A stretch of 59,290 nt of DNA from positions 1 to 59,290 of the forward strand of contig MEDY01000162.1 in assembly GCA_001724265.1 (NCBI GenBank), in the 5' to 3' direction. Under the pieces are notes generated by a model that was given only the letters and a program-made list of their open reading frames with translations, was not told the DNA's origin and made no database searches. How positions within the stretch are numbered: the stretch's first letter is position 1; every line of letters starts with the position of its first letter. The position numbers and the translations under genes are program-made. Source of the stretch: Rhizaria sp. SCN 62-66. Its lineage: Eukaryota. Positions 33,025 to 45,845 of the stretch are shown piece after piece.

Positions 33025-36000
33025 CTCCGCGACGGCCGCGGCGGCCGCGGCAGTGACGGCGGTGGAGACAGGAGCGGGGCGCGGGCGCGGGCGCGATGCC
33101 GACCGCTTCCGCTGCTGCTGTTGTTCATCACTCACGCTCTCAGCGGTGTTGCTGCTGCCTGCGTTGGCGGTGGCGGCGGCGACGTCTGCGAGAGTGCGCG
33201 GCCGACGCGGCGTTGCGTGCGAGGCTGCTGCGGCGGCGGCGGCGGCATATGACGGCCGCTGCGGCGCCGCGAACGTCGCCGCGCGCGCCGGGGACGTCGA
33301 GCGTGAGCGCGCACCCGTTGCGGTACACGTGGCGGTGCTCATGGGGGTAGATACGCTCTCGCGCGCGCGGGAGGAAGTGCTGTAGCCTGCGGCGGTCGAG
33401 GGGCGCGACGGCGCGGGGGCGGGGGCGCGGGGGGGCCGCACCGGCGCCTGCGACACTGCAACAGCAGCAGCACCAGCAGCAGCAGTGCAATACGCCGCGC
33501 TACCACTGCTACCGTTGCTGGCGAGGTGAGAGCTCGAGCTGGAAGCGGACAGGGGGGTGCCGGTGACCGCGGACAGGCCCTGCAGCAGCGCTGCGATCGA
33601 GCTCGTGAGCGCGGTCGCGGGCTTCGCAGCCACGGCGGACGGCGCGGCGGCTGGCTTCACGGACTTTCCACTCGCAGACGCGCTCGCACTTGCGCTGGCG
33701 TGGCCGCTGGTGTTCCGCGGCGCGCGAGGGGCCGCGGCGGGCTTGTTGCTGACGCCGTTGTTGTTACTGGTGTTTTCACTTAAGCGAGAGCTGGCAGCGT
33801 GAGCACCGGTGTAGCCCGCGGTGGCGGTCTGCGCACCGCGCGGGGCGGGGCCGGGCCTGTGCGCGTACGCCGCCCCCGTGCCCGCCGCGCGCGCCCCCAA
33901 GACAAGCCCCCGCAGCGAGGGGAAGGCTGCGACCTCGAGCGACGCCATCGCCTGCGCGCGCGCTGCCAGACCCAGGCCGGCGGTGTGGCCGAGGGTGGCG
34001 GCGGCGGCAGCGGACGCGGCCGGATCGACAGGGGCAGCAGGAGCGACGGGCGCAGTGGAGCCAGAGCTTGTGCGGTTGAGGCCAGAGGTGCGCTTATTGT
34101 TGACGACGACGGGCGCTGCGGCGGCTGCGGCGAACGCGGCCGTGGTCACGGTGGCGTCTGGCGCGGCGGCGGCGGCGGCAAAGGTCAGCGGAACCGACGC
34201 GCGCTTACCAGCGGTGCTGCCGCTGCCGCTGCCGCTACTGACACGGGAGCGGGAGCAAGAGCGAGACCGCGCCCCGTTGCCGTTGCCGCTGCCGATGCTG
34301 TTGCGCGCGCTGTGCGAGCTCTGGTGCTGCTCGCTGGACACGCGGCGGCTGCCTGCACCGTTAGCGGCAGCGGCGGCGGCGGAGGCGGCTGTGGAGGCGG
34401 CGGTGGCCGGGGGCGCGGCGGCCAGGAAGCAGCCGAAGGGGTTATTGGCTGCGATCAAGATGGGCTCGGGCTTGGCAGCCGCGCTGCCGCTGTTGCAGTG
34501 GCGGCCGTTGCGCGGCGTGGGAGCGGGGGCGCCGAAGGTGGCGGTGGTCGTCTGGTTGCCGCGGCCACCGACCGCGGTCGTCGTCGATGAGGAGGTACTT
34601 AGACCGAGCGCGGGGGTACTTACATGCAGGAACGATCCCGCCAGCCCGCCGCCAGAGCCATTAGAGCGGTGTCCGGGCGCGGAAATGAGCGCGGCGGTGC
34701 CGACAGTGGGCAGCGAGGGTACGAGCAGGGGGTTGCCGCCCGCCAGGGCCGTCGCGGCGGCCGCGGCGGCCATGCGGCCCATCGACTTGCGCGCAGAGCT
34801 AAAAAAAGAATGAATAGAAAACAAGATTTTTTGATGTTATATCAATGAAATTAACAAAATTAAATACGTAATTGACATTTTCCATAGAATTCTTTGTTAA
34901 ACCCCCATTTAATATAAACATCATCGTGAAATATCGCATGAACGTTTTCGTCTCACGTACCGAGACATGCGCCTGTTACCACCGTTCTGAGCCGGAGTCG
35001 CAGCCACCGCGGGCGTGGCCGCACCGGCAGCTGCAGCAGTCGCGGCGCCGGCCCCAAGCGCGCGCGTGCGCGGCGGCGGCGAGGCCAGCAGTGCCGCAGA
35101 CCGGGGCGACAACGCAACACCGCCAAACTGCACCACAGCCTCGGCCGCAGCAGCAGTGGACTCCCTTCCGCGGCCGTTGCTGCCGGTGAAGCCGTCGCCG
35201 TCACCGAAGCCGAAGTGGCCGCCAGCGCCCGCCGCGGGGGAGAGCGGCGGGAAGGCCGCGCTGGCGCGACTCTTGCGCCCGCTGCGGGAGCGGCGGCTGC
35301 GGCGGCCGGTGCCGCTACCGCTTGCGTTGTGGGCGGCCTCGGCGCCAGAGCCACTATGGCGGGGGGCGGGGGAGGCGAAAGGGGACAGGCCGGCCTCGGA
35401 CTCGAAGCTAAGCCGCGTGACAGCACTTGCACTCGCACCAACAGCATCAGCAGCAGCAGTAGCAGCAGCAGCATGTTTAGCAGTGGTAGCGGGCGTCGCG
35501 GCGACGGAGTGCGCCGCTTTCTTGCTCGTGCCGCTCGCGGCGCCGTGAGTATTCGCTGCGCTGGCGGCGAGCGCGGGCTTGGGGGGAGACAACATCGCCA
35601 GGAGAGCAGCTTCCTCTGGGTCCAGGGGGTTCAGCCCGGCCACAGTCGGCACCGCAGTCGCAGCGCCCATATTCAAAGTCACATTCGTATTCGTGTGGGC
35701 GTGGTTGCTGCTGTGGGTACCCGTGGGATTACTCGTGAGGGACTCGCGGCGCTTGCGGTGCTTATCAAGCTGCGCAGACACGTCAAGCGCGTCTACCGCA
35801 GCCTCATCCTCCTCATCGTCCCCGTTTTCCTCAGCAACTGAGCCTACAACAACAACAGCAGCAGCAGCAGCAGCGGCGGCGGCGCGGCCTGTCGGCTGAG
35901 ACTGCGACTGCGGGCCGCGTGACCGTGAGCCGGCGGCAATCGCGTCGATGGCGTCGAGCGTGGGCACGCCGTTTGCATCAACAGCCGCGCTTGCGCCGCG

Positions 36001-37644
36001 CTCCAGCGCCGGCCGCTGCTGCTGCTGCTGCTGCTGCTGTAGACCGCTCATAGCACCCACGGAGCCCACGGCAGCGCGGACAACGCCAGCGGCAGCGCCA
36101 GCCTCAGACTGGTTGGCAGCGCTGGTCGCAATGGCGGCGGCGGCGGCTGTGGGCGCGTTGTAGCGAGGGTGGGCTGGGTTGGCGATCGCGTCAATAGCGT
36201 CCAAGTCAGGCAAGTCGTCGCCGTAGCTCCGCTTGGGAATCTGCGCAACAGCAGCAGCTGCATCATTCGCTGCAGACGAAGCAGCAGCAAGGCCACTGTT
36301 CATGGCGTGACTGTTGGTCCTGGGGGGCGCAATGGGGGATGCAAACAGGTTCACTCCCGAGAGACGCGGCTTAACTTCACCGTTGAGCGGCTTAACTTCG
36401 AGCGACAGCGGCGACATATCACTATTCACGTGCGCACCAATGTCCTCATCGCTGTGACCGTGGGCCTGACCGTGAGCATGACTGTGAGCATGCCTGTGGG
36501 CCACAGGCAGCACGTGTGGCGACTCGCTCTCTTCCTCCTCGACTCTCCCCACGTTGCCACCGCAGTGGTAGAGCGCGCCCGCGGGGCACAGACTGCCGCG
36601 CTGCGCAGGGCCGACGGTGCTGAAGCGATCGTGGGCGGCCCGGCCGAGCGGGTTATGGATAGGACTCATATGCTCTGCGCCTGAGCCCAGGCCAATGGCG
36701 CTCATGCGGATGCCCAGAGTGCCGCGGCGGGCGGCCAGCGCGGCGGCCGCAGCGGCGGCGGCGGAGCCTGCGGCGACGGTCGCAGCGGCGGGGGCGGCAG
36801 CGCCGGCGGCGGCAGCGGGGAAAGGGCGTGTACGGGGGGCGAAGGCGGGTGAGAGTGCGAGCGCGGACAGTGACGACGCGGCAGTGGCGTTGCCTCTAAT
36901 ACTATTGCTGTTGTTGCTGTTGTTGTGGTGGTGCATGGTGGCGGTGAGGCGGGACGGCGTGGCGCGAGGAGAGAACGACGTCGCAGCGGCGGCGGCGGCG
37001 GCCATCGCAGTGTTGGCGGCGCGGGCAGACGCCGCCGTGGTCGTGCCGGGCTGCTGCTGCTGGTTCTGGTGAGGTTGGTATTGGTTGGCGGGAACAACTG
37101 TGATGCCGAGGTCGAGACTGAAGTCCAGCCCTCCCTCGCCGTCACCATCGCCGCCCTCGTCGCTGGCGCCGGCGCTGTCGTCCACATTGACCTCCATAGA
37201 GGGCGGCGCGTGGCCAGCGCCCATGCTGCCGCTGCTGCCGTTGCCGCTGCTGTTGCCGCTGCCGTTGCTGGAGCTGCTAGAAGCGTGTGCAAGCGCGGCT
37301 GCATTTGCGGCCGCGGCGGCAGGGTTGTCTTGCGAGAAGTTGCTGCCAACATCGCTCATGAACGCAACAGCGGCGTCAATGCCGATGCTGGAAGTGATGG
37401 AGCTCATCGAGTCGTCGCCGTTCCGCGCGGCGGCGTCGTCGTCGCCGTCGTTGGAAAGCCCGCGGCAGAGGGATGACTCGGTGCTGAGGCGGGAGAAGGC
37501 GGCCGCGGGGGGAGGGCCCGCGCGCACGCTGGTGTTGCCCGCTCCGCCCGGGATAGTCGGGGATGGAAGCGCGCAGAGGATGTCGTCGGCGTCGTCGGCG
37601 CCGCTGCCACCGAGGTATGCCTGGGTGGGCGGCGGGGAAGACAT
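31288..37644 (-). CDS. Very large intrinsically disordered Ala/Ser/Pro/Arg-rich protein
   Basis: Exons 37644-34961 and 34798-31288 join in frame (2064 aa). Many SP/TP sites, a repeated P(D/T)LDAIDAIA motif and a basic C-terminal half. Stop TGA. Confidence 0.7.
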
Positions 37645-37840
37645 CTGGGGACGGGACGAAACAACGCAACCGTTGTAGACGCATGCCAAATCGCAGTGAG
37701 AATATCAAGGTAAGAAACGGGCTTTTGAAAGATATAACAATATGTAATACTAAATTCCTTCATATAAAATTTGACATTCTTACTTGCAAAGCAAATGACG
37801 ATGAGTTAATAGCGCTGCAACTGTTTTAATTATGGCAAGG

Positions 37841-37854
37841 AATATAGCCGTTGG
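37841..37854 (-). promoter_or_regulatory. MSA-like (MYB-binding, CCAACGGCTA) element
   Basis: Identical 14-mer to 18620-18633; upstream of the gene starting at 37644; CCAAT (gattgg) near 37953. Confidence 0.5.
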
Positions 37855-38125
37855 CTCTAAGTTGAGGCCTGCTGCCGCTTGCCGTCGCGAGTGGCGGGTT
37901 GGGCAGCACTACAAATCAAGCTCGCCGACTGACTGAAGCACCCTTTGAACATGATTGGCCTATTCCACTTTCATCGTCAAATAGTATTTACTGGGATGAA
38001 ATTGAAACAAATGTGGCTTAACTATTCCTTAACGTAATTTTAACTCCACAGCTTAAGTTTAACCCCGCCATTTCTTGACTTGTATTTGCGCTGAATCTTG
38101 TCCCCTGCCGCGTCAGCAGCAGAGC

Positions 38126-39501
38126 ATGCAGGAGCTGTTGCTGCACCTCTTCATCGTCGCGCCCGTGGTCCAGTGGATCTTCCGCCAGCCCATGTGGCCC
38201 AAGGTACAGAAGATCGCCGCTGCGGTGGGTTTCCTGGCGCTTTTGGCGGCCTTCTCGGTGGGCAGCGAGTACATGGGCTCGAAGCCGAACCTATACCAGA
38301 TCACCGGGATCCGCGTCGACACCCCGCAGGCGGACCTGCGCCGCCACTTCCGCACCGTCGCCGCCAAGCTGCACCCGGACAAGAACCCGTCCCCGACGGC
38401 GGAGCAGGAGTTCATCGTGTTCCGCGAGGCCAGCGAGTTCCTCGCAAACGCGGCCTACCGCGGCAACTACGACCGCTTTGGCGCCGCGGCCATCAAGCTC
38501 TCCGAGAAGCCCGACAGTGGCGCAAACGACCTCATCGTCGGCGCGGCCGTGTCGGCGCTCATGTTCTACTCGATCTGGGCTTTTCTGACGTTTCTTATGC
38601 TCTCCGGCAAAGACACAGCGCGCGGACGCACCTGGGTGTACGTCTTTTTCGCTCTTATCTTCTTAAATATAACAGCGTATATTTTACAATTGGGAAAATA
38701 ACACGCAGTTTAATTATATAATGTTGTTTTAAACTTTTTATTTAATCGTTTTATGTTCCTAACCTTTCACACTATCAAGATATCCACACTTTTTTTTCCC
38801 TCACATTGCTCCTATATGACTTTCGCCCTGCTTCGCTTGCCCCTCCCTCTCTCCCTTTCGATGATTGCGCCGCACTTAGACTGACTGCGCTACTGGGCAT
38901 GCTCTTGCTCGAGATCCAGATGACGCTGAACACCGACTTCGACATCCTCACCGGGCTCCTTCCCTCCTGGACCCCTCACGAGAAGATGTCTCTCCTCCAC
39001 AAACTCTTCGCCTCTGTGTTTTCGGCGTGCCGCATTCTGTCACAGGCGACGTACGAGGACGAGGAGGCCGCCGAGCGCCAGCGTCTCGCGCTCATCCACG
39101 AAAACACCAAGGCCGCCGTCGCGCTGCTTTTATCGGTCCACAACCAGCTCGCCGCAATGAAGCTCTCCAAGGCCGCAGCGACCGCCCTCAACAATGCTAA
39201 CAACGCTAACTCTAGCGCGAGCGCGACTGTGGGCGACGCGGCGGACGACGACGAGCCCGTAGTGTCGACCTCGGCCCCCGCGCCGCTGCCGGCCGCGCCC
39301 GACGTCCTGGAGCGGCTGCAGCGCGCGCAGGAGCTGCTGGGCGCTCAGGGCGGGCTGCGGGACGGCGCGCCGATGCGGGGCAACGCGCCCGGGCGGGGGC
39401 ACGCGCACGGTGGCGCGGCCGTAAAGGAGCGGAACCCGCTGTGGTCGCTTGTGAGCTACGCGGTTGTGCCGATTGTGCTCAATTACCTGCTCAACCGGTG
39501 A
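38126..39501 (+). CDS. Multi-pass membrane DnaJ (J-domain) protein
   Basis: Exons 38126-38637 and 38880-39501 (377 aa). NLYQITGI...LRRHFRTVAAKLHPDKNPSPTAEQEF...YRGNYDRFG, flanked by TM helices. Start uncertain. Stop TGA. Confidence 0.85.
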
Positions 39502-39996
39502 ATCGGTAAAGGGAAGTTGTCTCATTCAGCTAAAGCTTGAGAATAGTCAGTTTATGTCGGGATATTCGTGGGATCAGAGTATGGTATTGTTTCATAGTAA
39601 TAATAAAGGCCAGACGTATCTAAATTTATTTGTTATGCACGACGATCATCTAAGACAGAGCGCATATCTTGGGTAATGTGTTCTAAGAAAAGCGTTTGTG
39701 GTTAGATTTGCTATCGGATGTCGCGCCACCATCCGCGAGACTTCACGAGAGTATTATGCTTCATCACATGCGTGTAAAGAAATTATAATTTGTGCGTATT
39801 GCTTGAAATGTAGTAGTTATTTATGTCATATTTGGACACTTTTGTTGACTGTCTGTACCACGAGTTCTAACTCAAATCTTGTTGACTTTGCATCTTTCGC
39901 GCCCGCACAGAGTCTTAACCTTTAACTTCACTCCCGCGCCTTACCGCTTGACGGCTCCGCGCTGCTGCGTCCGCTAGCTGGCCTCCACTGGGTGTG

Positions 39997-42900
39997 ATGT
40001 CCGATTTCCGGCCGCTGCATGCCAGCGCGCCTGAGCTCCGTGTCATCATGCACATCGACATGGTCCGTTCTCTCAACCATCGTTCGATTAACTCCGTTAA
40101 CTCACTGCGTCGCATCATAAGCGCTGAATCACCGACTGAAAAGACCTTGTTTTTGTATGACGTCTCACAAACTGTATCTGTTACAATGATATTTTTGCTA
40201 CTTGACCCTCACAGGACTGCTTCTATGCGCAGGTGTAGCGCGAGCGCTTCCCCTCGTGGGTCGACGAGCCCGTCGCCGTGGTGCAGAACGGCCGCCTCTG
40301 CGTGACCTCAAACTACCACGTGCGGCTCTGCGGGCTTAAGAAGCTCAACCGCATTGCGCAGCTGGCCGCGTTGCTGCCGCACACGCGCTTCGCGGCCTCC
40401 CACATGCCGCGCTACCGCGCCGCCTCGCGCGCCTGGCGAGACATCGCGCAGGCGTTTCCCTCGCTCGTCGTGCAGAAGAAGAGCATCGACGAGGCGCTCA
40501 TCGACCTCACGCCGCTCGTGCGCGCGCGCCTGCTGGAGGTTGTGGTGCCGCTGCCGCCGCCCGCGAGCGGTGCGCTCGCCGCCCTCGTGGCAGCCCGCCG
40601 CGCCGCCGCCGCCGCCCTCGTCGCCGCGAGCGCGTCCGCGACCGCGGCGAACGGAAGCGGGCGGGCGCAGGGCGGGGGGTTGGGCGCAGCGGCCTCGGCG
40701 GCGGCCGCGGCGGGGCGCGCGGGCGTGACGCTGCAGCAGGAGGAGATCGGGCTACTGTCACTGGCGCAAAAAATCAGCATGGCTACGAACCCGGCCGACG
40801 CCAAGGACCTCATCAGCAACGAAATGAGCGCCGCGCGCGGCAAGGGCGCGGCAGCAGCCCCGGCGGTGGCTGGTGTAGGGGGCGCGGGGGCGGTGACCGC
40901 TGGCGGCTACTCTAATCCGAGTGATAATTCTCACGCTTTCCCGAATGCGAAGATGGCTATGACTGCGAATGTGAATGTCATTGGGAGCAACAGTGCAGGC
41001 GCAACGGGCGACGCTAGCGTGCGTAAGAGCATTTACAGCAAGCGCCCGGTGCAGCCTCAACAGCAGCAACCGCAACAGCAGCAACAACCGCAGCAAGCAG
41101 CTAATGGCACTAATGGCAACGATGACGCTACCTCTAATCACGATCGCACTGTCTCGGCTGCGACTGGAACTGCTCCGAGAACAAGCGACCCCAACTCAAC
41201 TAACGCCGCAGCGAACGAGAATAGAAGCAACAGCAGTGGTGCAAACGCCGAGTTTCCTCTCAAGCCCACCGCGTGGCAAGTCAAAGAGCTCGGCGAGCGC
41301 GACGCCGCGGCTTACCTTAAAATGACCGCGTTGTCACGTGCCGACCGCGTGCGGTACGTGCACAGCATGCACCCCGTCGACTACTGCAGGGACATGCCCG
41401 CGATGCCGCCTGTGAACGCTGCCTCGGCAAGCGCTGGCTCAGTGGCCGGGGGCGTGGAGGTTGGCAAGGGCAGTGTGGGGACAGTACCGTTGCTCACGGT
41501 CGTTTCCAGGGCTCTGCTTGCTCAGCAACGCGCGCGCTGTGCTGGCAATGACTGTGGCAGCAATGCCGACAGTGCTCGTGCCAGCGTCAGTGTGGGTGTC
41601 AGTGTCAGTGCGAGTGCGCGTGCGAGTGTGGGTGAGTGTGAGCGGGGACACCGTGAGTGTGAGCGTCAGCGCGGATGCGTCTATGGCGACGAAGAGTCCA
41701 AGTGTTCGAAACTCGAAGAGTCTAAATACTGCTCGTCGCAGTACTTAGACGATGATCCCACGGCAGCAACAACCACGACAGCGACGGTGTTGCTGCCGCC
41801 GCCTCGCCACTGGGCCCCGCTCCTCTCAACGCCGCTCTCCACTGCAACCGCCGGCAGCAACTGCGCAATTGCAGCAGCGGACGCGCCGCCGGTGGTCGTG
41901 GCGGTTGGCACCGTTGTGTGCGCTGCTGCAATTGTGGGCGGCGGGCTTGCACCGAGTGACCGCGAGCTGCGCCACAGCAACCGCGAACAACAACAGCAAC
42001 AGCATCAGCAGCAGCAACGGATGACTGACTGTCAGTCCGAGAACGAAGGTGTGTTTCCGTGGGCTGGCGCAGCGTGGCGCGCGTGGGGCGGCAGTGCTCC
42101 ATCCGGCCCCCATCTCGTCACTATGGACAACAGCGGTCCCCGCATGCCAACTATGGGACAAATGCTCTCTGCAGCGACGTGCGCGCAGTGTGGCGGCTTT
42201 AACTATCTTACGCGCGCCAACAACAACAGTACCGGTGACAAAAACGCCAGTCATAGCACGGTCGATGACGCTAGCACTGCTGCAGCGCAAGGCACCGCTC
42301 CCGTTGCAGAAGCTGTCGTATCTGCCGCGGCAGCGATGCCCGGGCCGTTGAGCTTTGGTGTTGCGTCCGTCACGCTGCAAGCGTGCTCTGACGGCTGTGA
42401 CACCGCGCAGACTGACGCCGCTTCGATTAAGAGCGTGAACAAGACGCCGGCGACGGAGACAGGCGGTGTGACTGACAGCGAGACCGAGACAGACAACGCC
42501 AGCGTCGGCGGTAAAATCACCGACAACTCTAAAGGCGGCGACACTGACATCGACTTCACGCGGACAGCCGCGCTGCTGGCGGCGTCCGGAGTGCCTGCGC
42601 AAGCGCCTCTCCACACACTGCCTGCCAACTGTGTCTGTCACTGCCGCGCCGCAACAGCTGCGGCAGCAGCGTCGATGACATCGGTGGAGCAACAGCAGCA
42701 GCAGGCGCTGCACACGTTCCTGCTCTGCATCGGCTCTCAGCTCGCATATCGGCTGCGCTTCAATATCTTTTACTCTCTGGGCTGCACCACGAGCGTCGGT
42801 GTCGCCGCGAATCCTATGCTCGCCAAGATGGTATCGGCCACGATGAAGCCCAACCAGCAGAGCGTGCTGCTGCCCGCGGCCGAGCAGGCGTTTCTGGCCA

Positions 42901-45450
42901 CGCGCGCGCTCGCTGACGTGCCGATGTTTGGCCCCAAGCGCCAGGAGAGGGCCGCCGCCGCTGGGTTCGAGATGGTACGCATTATCCGCGAACATAGTCG
43001 AAATATTCATCACTCTGTTACAATGTGCACTCTCGTGAACTAGTTGTATTATGTTGATTATTTTTTTAATCATGATTGTCTCTTTATGCTTCGCTGATTC
43101 ACCTGATAACTTTTGTTTGTAACGCTGTTGATGTGTGTAGATTTCCGACTTGCAAGGCATGAGTTTTGCCCAAATCACAGCTCGACTCACTGCGCCTTCG
43201 GTCACAGCTGCACCGCGCTATGGCAACGATGTGGCGGATGGCGACGACTGGGACAACGACGACGACACCAGCGTCGGGCCTGCGAGCAAGAGGGCAGCGC
43301 TTCCTGGCAACGACGGTACGTTGACAAGCATGAATGAAAACAACGCAAACGCGATGTACTCTATTTCTTTCTTGCTTTGGTACAATCTTTGAATATCTGC
43401 GCTACATGTATACTGGTTTTCATTTATTTTTATATCTAACGAGTCTGTATCATTCTGTCGTTTCTCAACACTCTCGCCTTAGGCCTGTCCGCGGACTCCG
43501 CGGCGCCGCTGGCGTCGCTGCTGCTCTCGATCGCGCAGGGCCAGGACGCGACCGTGGTCACCCCGCACATCGTCTCGGGCGACATCGGCGTGATGAAGAC
43601 GACGCCGACGACCTCGCACGCCGCGCGCGTGCCTCTGCTGCAGTTCCTGTGCGAGACAATGGCGCAGCGCCTCGATGAAGAAGCTATCGACAACGCGCGC
43701 CGGCCCACCGCATTCGGTGTGTCTTGGTACTCGCGGGTCAAGCGCGCCGCGGCCACGCGCGTCGTGCCGCTGCCCAGCTTCCGCATCGGCTCGAACGGCG
43801 TCGAGAATCCCCAGGCCGCGGCCTCCGCAATGGCGGCAAACGCGGTACGCACAACAATGAAAACGTTTGGATATATGATGCAACAGCCTGTTAATTGTGT
43901 GTAAACTCATGTTGGTGTCTATGTCACACTATTTTCTAACATTATTTATTGTTTTTTTAAACATTTTACCCTGTCTTTGCTAGTTTCGCGTCCTGAGTGA
44001 GAACGTCGGCCCGACAGAGTCGCTGGCGACGCTGGGTGTCTCGGCCCGTAAGTTCGTTCCGCTCGCCGGCACCACGGGTATCTTTGCTGCGGGCGCGCTG
44101 CGTGGCGCTGGCGGCTTGACTTCCGTTGTCAATCCCTTCGCCTCAATGACCGGCACCCCACCAGACGCTGACGGAACAGCCACGACAACTCCTGGCAAAG
44201 CTGGTGGCAAGGGCGTGCGTGGCGCGAGAAAAGGCGCTGGTCCTGACGTGGCGCTGGGGGGATTCTTTAAGCGCGTGACGCGGCAGCACAGCGGCGTTGA
44301 CCTCGGTGCTGGTGCGGACTCTGACTCGGGGTCAGACTTGGATGTCCGTGTTCAGACGCAAAGCAACGGCGCTGGTGCGGTCAAAAGTAAGGGCGGCGGA
44401 GCCAGCGCTAGCGATGACGAGAGAGGCGGATTCACGTACCTCGACTCCAGCGGCGAAGGCGACGACGATGCTGACGCTGAGTGCTTTGAGTTCGACTGTG
44501 ACTGGGACGGGGACGTTGACGGCGAGGATAACGGCGATGAGGAGCAGGAGAACGGGGATGATGGAGAGTGCAGCAAAGATAAGAACACCGACGGTCATAA
44601 CAAAGACGTTGCTGACTGCGACAATAGCAAGCAGGCTAGTCACCGTGATCACGGCGATGACAACAACGCGGGCAATGCACCTGCTCAGACTGTGACAGAG
44701 ACTGAAGAAAAGGCCGCGTCATCAACGGCTGTGAAGGTCAAGGTCGAAGGCTCAGCTACCGCTGCGGCTAATCCCAACTCGTGCAGTGTCATTACGTCTA
44801 CGGCGGCAGCTCTGCGTAGCAACAGTGGCAGTGGTCTTGCCCCTAGCAGTGTCTCCGCTGCTGCGGGCAACATTGCGCCAAGTCTTTTGCCTACCTCCAC
44901 ATCCGCTGCCGTTGTCCCCGCCACTCCCGCTAAGCGCGCTCAGAGTGGCCGCGTGCCCGTTGCCCACCGTGACAGTGACGGAGATCTTACCGGTGCCGGC
45001 GAGCTCGATGCTGACCTCGCCTGGCAGCCGCCCTGCTTTAGGCCCCCCACTGCGGCCTGGGCCGACGATCGCGCCGTCTCTGCGTCCTACTTCTACACCG
45101 CCGCGCTGCCGACTGCGGCCGCGCCAGTCGCGCCAGTATCACTGCCACAGCTACAGCAGCAGCAGCATGGTTTGCAGGCGCAGGCGCAAGCGCAGACGCA
45201 CCCCACGCACGCGAACGCGCAGCTTGTCCCACGATCTCCAGCCGCTCCAGCGCGAACGGTTGCCGGCGGTTCCCCCCAGCAGCGCAACACCGCGCAGGGC
45301 GCGCCTCTGCTGCTGACGCCGGGACTGACGCAGGGCCAGCCGGGCCATAGGGGACCGGCGCAGACGCAGGCGTCGCACCGGGAAGATGGCTCGACGCCGG
45401 CGAAGGCGGGATCGATTTACGCGCGGCACAAGCGGAATATCGATCAATGA
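39997..45450 (+). CDS. Y-family translesion DNA polymerase (eta/iota-like); 1 in-frame TAG
   Basis: Exons 39997-40062, 40215-42974, 43141-43315, 43483-43844, 43984-45450 (1609 aa). RVIMHIDM|DCFYAQV*R, PVAVVQ, TSNY, YRAAS, SIDEALIDLT, SVGVAANPMLAKM, KPNQQ, VPMFGPK, AQGQD, LGVSARKF. Stop TGA. Confidence 0.9.
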
Positions 45451-45845
45451 CCATGAAAACATTGTTTAAAATGCGAATTTGAATTGGAATTCAAATGTTC
45501 CACGACAAAAATATGTTATCTAGACCAATATACATAGATACTTGGTTTTCCTTGAATCATGGTGACTGGCCGTGGTCATGGCGCTCGCGTGGGCCCGGGT
45601 TCCGCGTGGGAAGTGACCGTGGCTGACCGAGAGACAGCTCGACGTCGTCGCCCCTTCGAGGAGATTCTTTGAAAGTCCGTCGTAAACTCCAATGAACGTG
45701 ATTTGCTCTGCTAATGAATATCCTTAAAATATACATACTCTTAAATTCAAATTAAATAACATCTCTTCAACTGCTTCTTTTTAACCCTGTGATATCTGCT
45801 GTCTTAATCACCACTCGCTCTCCTCTGATCGTAGCTCACTACGCC

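Noticed and set aside
40233-40238. GTGTAG micro-intron removing the TAG (also at 49417-49422)
   Set aside because: Six nt is too short for splicing, removal would delete the conserved VE positions, and the other six TAGs lack this context.
43041-43043. TAG ending track ORF 40278-43043 as a true stop
   Set aside because: It lies inside intron 42975-43140; the spliced frame continues into the thumb domain.
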